Source: Piromyces finnis finn
Lineage: Eukaryota; Fungi; Neocallimastigomycota
Reading direction: 5' to 3'
NCBI GenBank assembly: GCA_002104945.1
Contig: MCFH01000010.1
Location: forward strand, 744,001 to 808,000
DNA length: 64,000 bases
The notes beneath the pieces were generated by a model. It was given only the letters and a program-made list of their open reading frames with translations. It ran no database searches and was not told where the DNA came from. The position numbers were made by a program, and so were the translations under genes. Positions within the stretch are counted from its first letter, which is position 1; the number at the start of each line of letters is the position of its first letter. Shown in pieces: positions 1 through 18,139 of this stretch.

Positions 1-73
1 AGAAAGAATATTAAAAGAAAAACAAGAAAGTAAAGCAAGATTAGCTGCTAGAGCTGCTATGTTCTCTCAATAA
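1..73 (+). CDS. 3' end of an unidentified upstream gene (partial)
   Basis: Open frame from base 2 reads ERILKEKQESKARLAARAAMFSQ then TAA at 71-73. Coding-like composition drops to AT-rich sequence after the stop. Too short to assign a family. Confidence 0.6.
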   Translation, partial: ERILKEKQESKARLAARAAMFSQ

Positions 74-894
74 ATGCTTTCTTATTTTTATCAAATATTA
101 AATTATACAATATAGCAGTAATTAATATAAATATAAAAATCAATATAATTTAAAATAAATTTTTAATTATGAATATACCTATTATTATGTTGTTTATAAG
201 ATTAAATGATATAAATAATAATAAAATAATAAATAAATAAATAAATAAAATCATTGAATATTTTTTTATAATTAAAATATTAAGATAGAATTGCTAATTG
301 AAAATGTTAAATATAAATAGTTCAATTATTCATATTAATACATTAACTCAAATAAAATTTTAATAAAAAATAATTATGATTAAATTATAGTTCAAGTAAT
401 AAATAACTTTTTTATTATATATTTATTTTAAATTACACAAAAAAAATATATATATATAAAATATACAAAAAATTCATAAAATTAATTTGATATAGAACAA
501 AAAAAAAAAAAAAAATTTACATTGTACAATATTTGATTTTTATTATATTAACATCTTTAATAAAGTAAAACATTAATATTTTACCTTCTTATAAATGTTA
601 ATCTTAAAAATTTAATTGGAAATTCATAATAAAGGTAGTAAAATCAAAAAAAAAAAAAAAAAAGAAATATCATTATAAAATAAAAAAATTATTATTTAAT
701 AATAAAGCCTTAATAATACAATTTAGCAATTTATTAGTTATACTGATATAATATAAAATATTTTACATTTTTAAATTGAAATTAAATTTCTTCTTTTTTT
801 TTTTTTTTTATTTTTTTATCTCATTAATAAATTGTATATAATATATAACTATATTAAAAGTATATATAAATTCAGTAATTTTTATAACAATAAA

Positions 895-6323
<5,429 letters not shown>

Positions 6324-6555
6324 ATAATTATATTTTTGCTTCTATTTTATTCCCATTTCATTTCATTTGATTATTATTAAAATATTAATAATTTGTTTAT
6401 TTAATCTTATAAAATATATTATTTATTGAATTTATCTTAATTTAATATGTATTTTTATTTAAAATAATAAAATAAAATGAAATTCTCAAATATAAATAAT
6501 CAAGAAAAAAAAGAAAAAAGATTTTTTTTTTTATTTTTTATTTTATTTTATTTTA

Positions 6556-6622
<67 letters not shown>

Positions 6623-6801
6623 TTTTCTATTGTCAAAATAACATAAAAATTTATATATAATTATACTTTAAATTTAATTGAAAAAAGGTGAAAAATAGAA
6701 CAAAGAACAAAATAATAAAATGGTAATAATTTTCTATAATATTATATATTAAAAATAATTAAGAGTTAAGAAAAAAAAAAATTTAAATTAACAAATTGAG
6801 A

Positions 6802-8712
6802 TTATAAAGCTTGTTGCATTTCTATTTGAAGTTTTGCCTTTTCAACAATAACTTCACAAATATCATCATGAAGTAAATCTGATATTTTATATGGAAGAGA
6901 AGCCTCATATGCATAAATTATAATTGAATCATTAATATACATATAACGTTTGGCAAGAGCTTTAATACAATTACATACTCTTGCTATAGTTGATCTTTGA
7001 TAGAACGTTATTTCCTAATGAATTAAAATAAGAACATATATTTAATAACGTCAAATTTTTAATTTTTTTTTTTTTTTTATAATATTGTTTGAAAGTAATA
7101 TATATTAAGAAATTGAAATTTATAATTACTTCATTTTTATCTGAGTATAACTCTTCTGGACTTAATTCTTCTACCTTTTTCTCAGGGTGTTTACTAACAA
7201 ATATATATCCATTTAATCCTAATATTAAATCGACACCACATGGTAATGTATAAAAGTGTGATTTACATCTTCTAACAAGTGCTGGTGGGACAACAACTAA
7301 TGAACCATTGCGAAGCTACATACGATAATAAATATTTGAGTTTAGTTCATTAATTTAACATAGTTACATTGAATTATATCTTTTATAATTACTTTTCCAT
7401 ATTTTAAATTTCTGGTATGTAATGAGGAAGCACCATCATGGAAAAATGCTTGAACTTCAGCCTATATTTTAATATTTTTTTTTTTTTAATTTTATCTATT
7501 AAACCAATGCTGTACAGAAATTATATTCTTTTTACTTTATGATTTTATTTATTTACCCCAATTAAATCGCCTTCAGCGAAAAAACTTTTCATGTTTAATT
7601 CATCTAATTCTGTCTTTCTTCTCTTTTATAATTTAATATTTTATATGAAAATATCAATTAATATTAAATAAAATGAAAAAAAAAAAAAAAAAAAAAGTTT
7701 TCTATTTCATTTAATGATTACTTGAACACCTCCTGGGAGATTAACTGAAGATAATAATAAAATAGCATTTTGTTTTCCATTAATATCGACTTTCCATCTT
7801 TTTTGAGCAACCTACAATTTTAAAGATATTTAATGATAAAAAAAAATATATACAATTAATATAATTATTGTATTTAATTTATAATATTTTGTAATTAAAT
7901 GAAATTTTAATCTATTACTTCAGTAATTCTTCCAACAACAACATCACCAATTTCTGCAGTATATCTAGTTCTAAGTGGTTTAACAGATATTAATTTATTA
8001 ACACGTTCAACAACACCAGCTACTGAAGACATAACAACATCATCTTGAGTATATGTACCATGTCCTCTATTTTTTTATATTTTTTTATTTTATCAATACA
8101 AAAATAATAATGATAAAACCTGTTAATAATTGTTTTTTATTAATTTTTTTTTTTTTTAAATTCCACTATAAAAAAACAAAATAATAATTATAATAAAAAT
8201 TATTTATCAAAAATGATGCATTTCAATTCCATTTTCTAGTGAAAAAAAATAAAAAATTAAGGAAAATAAAATCTTATCAAATATTTTTTAATTTTTAAAA
8301 TACTTTTAATAATAAAGGTTAACTATTAATAAGTTATAATTATATAATGATAGAAAATTATAATAATAGTAATAATAATAATAATAATAATAAATTAAAT
8401 TTCAAAATGAAACTGAAATTTGTACAATTTAATATTCAATTTTTAATAATTATTTTTTTATGAATTGATTTCTGAAATCTATATTTAATCTATTTTATTT
8501 CTTTTAAAAGTAGTATGTGATAGATCATTTTTTTGGGTAATATATATAATTATAGGTAATAATTTTTGTACTTATATATTTAATAATAATAACCTCATGA
8601 AAGCAGGATCTGAAGTAATTTGTTCACCAGGAGTCACAATATGAAAATTTTGTTTATTTTCTACATTTTCAGTATCTTTTGGTGCAGTTGGAGTATTAAA
8701 TATTATTTCCAT
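6802..8712 (-). CDS. RRP4: Exosome complex cap subunit Rrp4 (EXOSC2), multi-exon
   Basis: Minus-strand exons give MEIIFN...[22 protein letters not shown]...[84 protein letters not shown] and LILGLNGYI, typical of Rrp4. Stop at 6802-6804. Confidence 0.95.
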
Positions 8713-9525
8713 GATTTATTTTATTTTATTATATTAATTTATTTTATTATGCTTTATTTATACTAAATGAATGTTTGTTTTATCAATTATTAAATATATT
8801 CATAAAAAAAAAAAAATGAAAATTTAAAAAAAAAATTTTTTAATAAAAGCATAAATTTTAACAATTTATGTATTATTGAAAAACTATATTAATATTTTTT
8901 TTTCGAGTCAATATATCAATTCAAAATTTTCATTTTGATTCGCTTATTTTCATTCTATAAAGTTAAATTTTTTATAAATTTTTTCTTAAATTATTAAATA
9001 TCTATACATATTTTTTTTTTTTTTGTTAAATAAAAAAAATAAAATATAATAATCAAACATAATTATAAATATTAATTGGTAACAAATTTATATATATTAT
9101 TTATATACTACTAATAATTTAATCTTAAAATACAATGAATTTCAACATAATATATAAAAAATTAGAGAGTATCAATTGATAAAAATCTTCAATATAAAAT
9201 GATTAGTAATAAAGTCAATATAACTAATATGAAACTATATTTCCCTTCAAATAATAGTTAGGAATTTAATATATCATATTTATTTTACTTAAATTAAATA
9301 ATTAGTATTAATAGTATATTAATGATTTCAAAAAAAAAAAAAAAAAAAAAAAGAAGATAGAAGCATTTATAAATATAATTTATACACCCCAGAAAAAATA
9401 TAATTACTTTATCTTTAAAGAATTAGAAAATGGTTTATTTTTAAGAATTAATATTTGGTATTAGGCAATAATATTATATTGACAATAATTTATATAATAC
9501 TTTATTATACTTTAAAGAATATAAA

Positions 9526-9921
9526 ATGGCCAAGGCTCTCGGTTTCCGTACTGCTGTTGATGCAGTTTTATTATCAACAGCTTTAGCTGGTATGCGTCGT
9601 GTTGGTAGATATGGTAAATATAGAATAAAAGTTGTAATTATAAATTAAAAAAAAATAATAAAATAAAATTATATATTAATAAAATATAATATATATTTAT
9701 TCTATCATTAAACATAATATATATATATTGCAAATAATTTAAAAGAATATGCTACCGACAGAATAAATAATGGACCAATTAGAACTGTTTTAGAAACATA
9801 TTTAGGTGTTGGTGAATGGATTTTAGAACGTGGTACTCGTACTATGGCTAGATATCCAATGACTTTTAGACGTATACCTGAGGACCAAGTCACTCGTAGA
9901 GGTTATCGTGGACGCACATAA
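9526..9921 (+). CDS. ATG44: Atg44/mitofissin-like (former DUF1748) microprotein, 87 aa, 2 exons (9526-9613, 9746-9921)
   Basis: Spliced ORF with consistent phase: MAKALGFRTAVDAVLLSTALAGMRRVGRYEYATDRINNGPIRTVLETYLGVGEWILERGTRTMARYPMTFRRIPEDQVTRRGYRGRT*. The D-x-V-L-x-S-T-x-L-A-G-x-[KR]-R and Y-L-x-x-G-E blocks and their spacing match the family as recalled from yeast Atg44. Confidence 0.82.
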
Positions 9922-11763
9922 ATAATTTTTTTAGAAAAAATTAATAAATAAATAAAATAAATTCTTCGATTCTTATTTGTATTATAATAATAATAGGCTA
10001 TTGGGAAAAAAAAAAAAAAAAGATAAAAACAAAACACAAAAAAATGCATATCATAATAAAAGTATATTTAATACATATGAATAATAAATAATAATAAATA
10101 ATATTTAACTTTATATAAAAAAAATTCAATTTTTCAATAAAAATATAATTTTTTATATAACAAAATAAAAATTAAGACAACAAATAACTAATAATAAAAA
10201 TAATATTAAAATCATAAGGATAAAAATATAGAAAGTAAAACTATAAAAATAATGTTATTATTCGTATTAATAAATAATATAATTTAAAAGAATAATAATA
10301 ATAATAATAATAATAATTAGTAATAAAAAAATTGAACTTTATTTATTATTAAGTATTATTACGAGAAAAAATAAAATGAAATTTTATTATAACAAATTAA
10401 TCAAGAAAAAAATTTAGTTGCAAGTAGTTTTCAAATGATTATTAAAATATATATATTTTCCTTTAAATAGTCTCAAAAATAATTATTAATATTATAGGTA
10501 GAAATTCTTTCCTTTTCATTTAATTTATATATTTTGTAAAGATTAATATTTCTTTTTTATTAAGCCAATAAAATAGTTTCTTTTGCGTTAATTATAAAAT
10601 AATTAATTTAAATTAAATAGAAAACTAATTATTAAAGTTTTATAATTTCCAAACAATTATTGTTGTAAATATACGTAAGCTATTAAAAAAATATTTATTC
10701 TGTATATGTAATATTTTGTTTAAATAAAAATATTTTTATGATTTATAAAAGTTTTCATTTTATATGTTTTATTAGTTTTTTTTTATTTATTTAATTTCAT
10801 TTTATATATATAAATTATTTTTGCTTCTTAATCTTTTTTTATTTTATTTTATTTTTTAATTTCTAAACTATAAACTAATTATTGTAATATTTTCTATTAT
10901 TTTAAATTATTAAAATAATATTGATTGATATTATAGTTTAATGTCAATGTATTTTATTATAAAAATAAGATAAAAAGTAATTGAAGAAAATGCGTGAAGA
11001 GAAAAAAAAAAAAAAATACAAATACATTATTATTTATGTATTTTAATTTCCCTTTTAATTTTTTTATTAATTTTTCTCTTAATTATAAAAGATTTATTTT
11101 ATTTTTTATTCTGTGTTTTCTTTTTTTTTTTTATTTTATTTTATTTTTCATTTATTTATTTATTTTGTTTGTTTTTATTGTTATATTTATTATTGTCTTT
11201 TTTTAAATCCTTTTTTTAAATATTTTGTTTTGGTTTTATTGAATAATAAAATTTTTATTATATTTTTGTACTTATATGTGCAATTTTGCCATGATAAAAG
11301 TATGTAATTAATGACATTAAGTACATTAATAATTAATATTTTTTACTTTATAAAAATTTTACTAAGATTTAATGATTTTTACTACTACTATACCAAGATT
11401 TTTATCTTTATTCCAATCATACTAATAATAGAGTGATAGATATATTATGTTGTTTGGATAAATATGATGATTTTTATTATTTTTATAATATTTTGAAAAA
11501 AAATTGGTATATTTTAACTCTTTTAGTTAATATATAAAAAGATAGATAATCAACATATTTGATATATATTATCTTAATTTTAGTCTTTTTTAAAGTTCAT
11601 TTTATACTTTTATTTTTTTATTTTGCTAGTTCTTTTTGTTTTTGAATAGTTATTTTACTTTTCTATTATGTTTAAAAAATGTGCTTGTTAAATTATTGCT
11701 GCTAAACATATAATAAGTAATGATATATAATTTTCTATTATCTTATGTTTGAATGAATGATGA

Positions 11764-11901
11764 AAATATAATCTGTAATCCTTGATAATTTCTTATTGTT
11801 ATTATTATAAATATAATTATTTCAATAACTTTAAATATAATCTGTAATCCTTGATAATTTCTTATTGTTATTATTATAAATATAATTATTTCAATAACTT
11901 T
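11764..11901. repeat. Perfect 69-bp tandem duplication (2 copies)
   Basis: AAATATAATCTGTAATCCTTGATAATTTCTTATTGTTATTATTATAAATATAATTATTTCAATAACTTT occurs at 11764-11832 and 11833-11901, about 120 bp downstream of the RRM gene stop. Confidence 0.95.
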
Positions 11902-12019
11902 TTATTATAAAATATGATTTTGTAATTATATTAAATTATATTAATTATTTGAATTATATTAATATTTTGAAATGATAATTTTAATTAATGTAATATGATT
12001 ATTTCGATTTATAAACAGT

Positions 12020-15000
12020 TTAAAAGGTTTGTGAATTTTGAGCATATTCAAACTCTGATTCACTCTTTGTAGTTGATGTTACATCTAAATCATCAACCTT
12101 TTTAAAAGTACTTGTAAAGGATGATGCATGTTGTTGTTCTCTTATTGAATCTTTTCTTTTACGACTTGTAGCAACTTGATTTTTCAATTTCTTTTGTGCT
12201 ATACTATCAGCAAATCTAACTTGTAATGGATATTTAGCTCCCTTTAAGGTAACATTATTAAATAAATCAATTACATGTTGAGCGATTTCTCTTGAACCAA
12301 AACGTGCAAAACCAACACCACGGCTAGTACCGTCTGGATTTTTTAAAATTCTATGAGAAAGTACCTTGAAGTCACTAAATAACTCAAGTAGTTTTTCATT
12401 ATCATAATCTAATGGTAAATTAGAAATATATATATTCATTGAAGTTAAATCTTCCAAATTTTTCAATTTGCTACTGTATGATTCTTGAGATGCATGAGTT
12501 AATGATTTAGCAAAAGAGACATGATAACCTAAATTATTTAATTCGTTTAATGCTATATGAGCTTGATCTTCAGTTTCATACATTACAAAACCAAAACCTT
12601 TGCATTCATTAGTTCTCATATCAACAATTGCTTTAGAAGAAATAATTTTACCCCATCTAATAATATAAATGTATCCAAAAGTAAAAAATGTTAGTTTGTT
12701 TAATTATTTAATATTTTTTCAATTATTACTATATTTAGTTAAAATCTTACTACTATATATACCTAATACATAAATTGTATAAACTTTCATCAGTAGTATT
12801 TATTGGTAAACCACGAATGTAAATATTTGTACCAGGATATGGGAATTTAATGTTATTATTACCTGTAATAATTGGTAATACTGAAGGTGAAGTATTTCTA
12901 ACTGAAGCAATGACAGAAGAATTAACAGAAGAAGCTAGTCCAGAAGGTAATACACTTTCACTTAAAACCAATTCATCATTAAAACTATCAACCTCTTCAG
13001 AATCAACAAGAGTTGATGATGTAGCTAATGGACTTGTAATACTACTACTTGAATTTATATTAGAAGTAAGTGAATTTATTGAATGATTAATTAAACTTCC
13101 TTTTCTTCCCATAATTTGCATTTTCTTAAAATTTGAAATAGTTTCGTCTACAGACTTTGAACTTCTAATTTCTTCTTCAATAACATTTGGTTTATCTTCT
13201 ATATGAACTTTAGGTGTAATTGGCTTTATTATTGTTGTTTCACTAAGTTTAAATAACAATAAAATTTGATTGAATAAAAGACTAGCACTAGCCCACCAAT
13301 TTGATATTTCAGTATAACGATTGCCACGCCATTCAGATACAATGCAATTCTTTAAATCATAACATGTATGAATATGAAGTTTAAAATAGTATAAAGTAAT
13401 ATCAATATCTCCTGTATAATAAATATCGATATCAACCATCCATACACTTGGGTTTAACTTGAAAATATCTTGAAGTCTGTCTTTAATTTTTCTGATACTA
13501 TAATAAGCGTGTTGATACCATCCTTGAATAAGTAAATCCTTTTTAATATGATTTAACATATCCAACGGAATATTTGGATTACTTAATTTATCTATATTAT
13601 TAAATTAAAAAATATATAAATAAATATTTTTATTTATTTTTTATTATAAAAATTATTTTGATTATTTCAAAAAAATCAAAAATCATTATATAAAAAAAAG
13701 TATTTTTTAATCATTAGCTATTTATCATACCTTTATATTTAATTAAATCTTCAAATTTAAATTGAGAAGAACGAATCAATAATTCAATATCATTATTTAA
13801 ATGAGATAAATCACTCTCCCTCTCTGAACTTATTAATAATGAAGTATTACTAGAAACTGGTAAAGAATTGTGTCTCAAAATTTCTGAAGCACTATTATTA
13901 TTTATTGGTGATCCATGAAATATACCATTTTGCTCAGAATCATTATTAAAGAAAATATTATTATACATGTTTGATGTCGGACTTGTTTTTGAATTGTCTA
14001 AGGATAACTTTGAAAATTGTTTAATTAGCGGAGTTTGAGCATTAATTCCATTTGGTGATGTAATACTTCCATTTAAAGTATTATTGGGGGTAACATTATT
14101 AGAAGCATTTGCAGAAACATGACTACTGATTAATGTAATATCTGAATCAGAATGCATTAAACTATTTGATTCATTTTTAGAACCATCATTTATTAATGGA
14201 CTAAATGATTTAGAGGTAGGATTAAATAAGGATGGTACATTAAGATTAGAATTTGATGGTATAATAGATGAAGTATTAGGGTTACTACCTAAACCAATAG
14301 CATTAAAATCTTGAGTAGATGTTGTGTTTGTAGATTTTAATGATGAAGAAGCTGAAATGTTATTTACTGGATCGGAGCCAGATGTAGAAATTGTGGAAGC
14401 TATTGGTGATGTTGAAACAGAATTTAATTTGCTTTTTTCTTTCTCTTCTTCAACAATATTTGAATTTGAATTTGATATAAGACTTTTCACTTTAAATGAA
14501 GATCCATTATTCTCACTTTTCAATCCATGAGATGAGTTATTTGAAGTAGTAGGATTTGCTTTTTTGTTTATAAGGCTAAAAGATGTGCCTTTATTACTTC
14601 CATTTAAATAATTATTCCATTGTAAATGTGACCAGTTATTATTTGAAGTAATTGGCATATTTGCATTTGAAAATGTTCTATTATTAAACAAATTATATTC
14701 TTCGGCAGGTTCTGGTTTAATAAAATTTTTGTCTATAGTATTCATACTATTAACACTATTTCCTAATCCTACTGGATTGCTTATATTATTTACATTTAAA
14801 CCATTATTCATACCTATTCCATTTACAATAGCTGATAATTCACGAAGTGCTTGAGGATGTGGACGATGATTAGAATGAGAAATAGTATGATTTCTGAATA
14901 AAATATCTTCTGTAGCTGAAGTTTTGGATTGTAAATTTAAAGTTTGTGCAACGTTTTGATCCATTATTGAAACACTACCAGTTTTTGCTGCTGAATTTAA

Positions 15001-15144
15001 AGTTTTAATATTTTTTTCATCATTGTTCTGACTTATATTAATTGAATTGTTTTTGTTAATAAAATCTGCAGCTAATTGAGTTTGCTTTAAATCATCAATA
15101 TTTGTAGCTGTTGAATTTTGCGCATTTGTATCTTCAAAGTTCAT
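12020..15144 (-). CDS. RBMS/MSSP-like two-RRM RNA-binding protein with a long N/S-rich N-terminus; 3 exons (15144-13731, 13591-12763, 12656-12020), about 959 aa
   Basis: Exon phases are consistent. RRM1 TNIYIRGLPINTTDESLYNLCIR/WGKIISSKAIVDMRTNECKGFGFV and RRM2 NIYISNLPLDY...SRGVGFARF...LQVRFADS resemble the RBMS/MSSP RRM pair. Confidence 0.85.
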
Positions 15145-17293
15145 TCTTATGTATTTTTAAATATATAATATTTATTTTTAAATAAATATAAATTAATTTA
15201 AAATAAAATAAATCGTTAGTTGTTTTTGTAATAAATCAATAATTATTCTTATTGTTATTTATTTATAAAAAAAGTTAATTGTTGTAGATATTTATTATAA
15301 TGTGATAATATTAAACATTAGAATCTTTAAATAAATTGAATAGTATTTCTTTTGAACAGTTATATTCACATACTTTACTTTTTTTAATTAAATAGGCTTA
15401 TTATAATATATTATAAAAATATTTTCTTTTTTTTTTTTTTTTTTTTTTTTTTGAATATTAAAATGCTTTTTGATAAAAAGAAATTAATATATACATAAAT
15501 ATATAATTTCTTTTTTAAATTAATGTGATTTAATTAATAATAAATTATGTTGATTTTATTTTTTTATAAATAATATATGTTGATCTTTTCATTTAAAAGT
15601 AAAATATGATATTTTAATATCTATAATATTAATGTATTCTTTTCTTTTAATATAAATGTACTCAAAAAGAATTAGATATTAAGATATATTAAAAATAAAA
15701 TCAATATTATTATTTATGATAATTATTTATTGTATTTTAAAATATATATAAAAAAAAAGAATATTGAATGAATAAATAAAAAATAATCAATAAATTTATT
15801 TAAAAGTAAAAAAGGAAAAAAAAAAAAAAAGGTAAAATAAGATAAAAAAAATCAATTTCAAAAGAATAACTTTATTAAATAATAGTAATAATAAAGATAT
15901 TTTATAACAAAAAAGGAACAATAATAATTAATACTAAAAAAATATAGACAATAATAATTAATATATTATAATATATTTTAATTTATTTTGAATATATTTA
16001 TATATTTATATACTTTATATTATTTGTCATATATTATAATATATTGATAAAAGATTAATAATAAATTTATTTCTTTTATTAACCGATTATATTTTTTATT
16101 TTTTTTTTTTTTTGATTTAAAAAAATATAAACACTTATTATAATAATAATATATAGAATTATATTTACATATATTATTGACCGTTATTAGCACTATTAAA
16201 TTCAAATTTTTATATAAAGTTTATTTATTATTATTTTGAATTAAAGAAATTATAATACATTTTAAATTTCACATTCAAGGAAATTTAAATGTGGAATTTA
16301 ATATATAATTTCATATATATACCTATTTATTGTCAATATACTTTAAATATAATATTTATATATTAAATAATAAATAAATATTCATATAAAAACTTTTGTT
16401 TATTAAATAATCTATATATAAATAAATAAAATTATTTGTTAATAGCTTAATTAATTTTTTACTAGATTTAACCTTTTTAACACTAATAATATATTTATAA
16501 TTATAATAAATATGATTGTTAATATAAAAATTTTTGAAATATTATATATTAATATATTATATATTAAAGTATCATATAGTTTTTGTAATAAAAAAAAGTA
16601 GTTTTTATGTAACATCACACAATACTCTTCTATCTACTAAGATTATGGCTTTGTTTTTAATTTTGCAACAATAATTCTATCTATTAAAAATTGAAGCAAT
16701 ACATATGAATAATTATTTATATATATGTAGTTATTTAAATTAATTCATTTCTTCTTTTTAAAGAATTTTTATCTTAAATATTTCATTAAGTATTAATATT
16801 ATTACCTCTATTATTGATAAATATAAAACTCATCGAAATATTGATGAATTAGAATATATTAAAGATAATTATTTAAAAAACTATATTTCAAAACGAATAT
16901 TAAAAAATTTTTATATTTAATTAAAAAATATATTGAATCTTAAACTTTAATTAATAATGAAAAAATTATTTTCTTCTTAATATTAATTGTTGGTAACTGA
17001 TCATATTTAATTAAATTAAATATTAGAAAAAAAAATTCAAAATTCATATTGCTACTATTATTGCAAAGAAATATTTTTTATACCTTTAAAAGCTTGCTCC
17101 ATTTAAATTTCAATAATATAGAACTTAAATTACTATTAAAATAAAAGATATTTATCAACACTACTTTATTTTTTAAGGATAATGTATCTAAGACTTTTTC
17201 TATTAATACTATAAGTCTCAAATTATTTTTATTAACTATTTGTTTTTAAATAGCTAAAAAAATTACTCTTTCATAAACATTTATTTCAATAAT

Positions 17294-17399
<106 letters not shown>

Positions 17400-18139
17400 A
17401 AAATATTAAAATTATATTACCCTTTTTTTTTTAATACTGATTTAAAAAATAAAAAAAAAAATTAAAAAAAAAAATAATAAGCACTAACTTTTAAAAAATT
17501 TTATCAAACTTTTTTGTTTGTTTATTTTATTTCGAAATATTTAGTATTGTAATGATGAACTAGGTTTTCTTGTGCTACAATAAATCTTGAGATTTAATTG
17601 TTTATTTATTTTATTGGGTAAATCTAATATTAAGTTTTTTATTATTAATAAATAATATAATTAATAAAATTTAGATTTAGTCTATCTCTTTTTTTTTTTT
17701 CTTATACCTATAATAAAAAATAAATAATTTTAATTTTATATACTGACATTATATATAAATTATTGAATAGATATATAAACTTATATATTCAATTTATATA
17801 ATTTAAAATCCTTATAAAAACAAAAAAAAGTGAATAAAAAAATAATATTATAAATAATAACATAAATAAATGGATTCATTTATTTATTCTATAACACTTT
17901 TATAAATTTTTTTAATATATATTTATTAAAGTTTTTCTGTAAAAATAAAAAAAATACTTATTTGTTTTAAAATAAATAATATTAATTTTTATCCTATCTA
18001 TAAATTAAATATAATTAAATCTATGATAAATAAAGTTTATAAAAATTTAGGAAAAAAGGAGTTTTATTTTAAGATAATAAATAATAAGTAAAAAATACAT
18101 AAATAAGTACAAACATGATGGTTCATAAATAAATTAAAT

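Noticed and set aside
8817-8932. RRPE-like motifs (TGAAAATTT, AAAATTTTCA) upstream of RRP4, and a similar word near 45755 upstream of TRF4
   Set aside because: They fit ribosome-biogenesis genes, but such A/T words are expected by chance in roughly 90% AT promoters and cannot be supported without enrichment statistics.
9708-9893. Minus-strand 61-aa ORF; likewise 46502-46756 (-) and 56317-56514 (-)
   Set aside because: They are antisense shadows of real exons (ATG44 exon 2, DPM3 exon 1, CBM48 copy B).
10994-11307. Hydrophobic F/I/L/Y-rich ORFs (also 16020-16205, 39799-40107, 56992-57180, 62106-62393)
   Set aside because: They arise from T-rich or A-rich intergenic or intronic sequence with near-zero GC and have no family motifs.
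16600-17290. Faintly coding-like intergenic sequence between the RRM gene and NOP4
   Set aside because: No frame longer than a few dozen codons and no recognisable motif on either strand.
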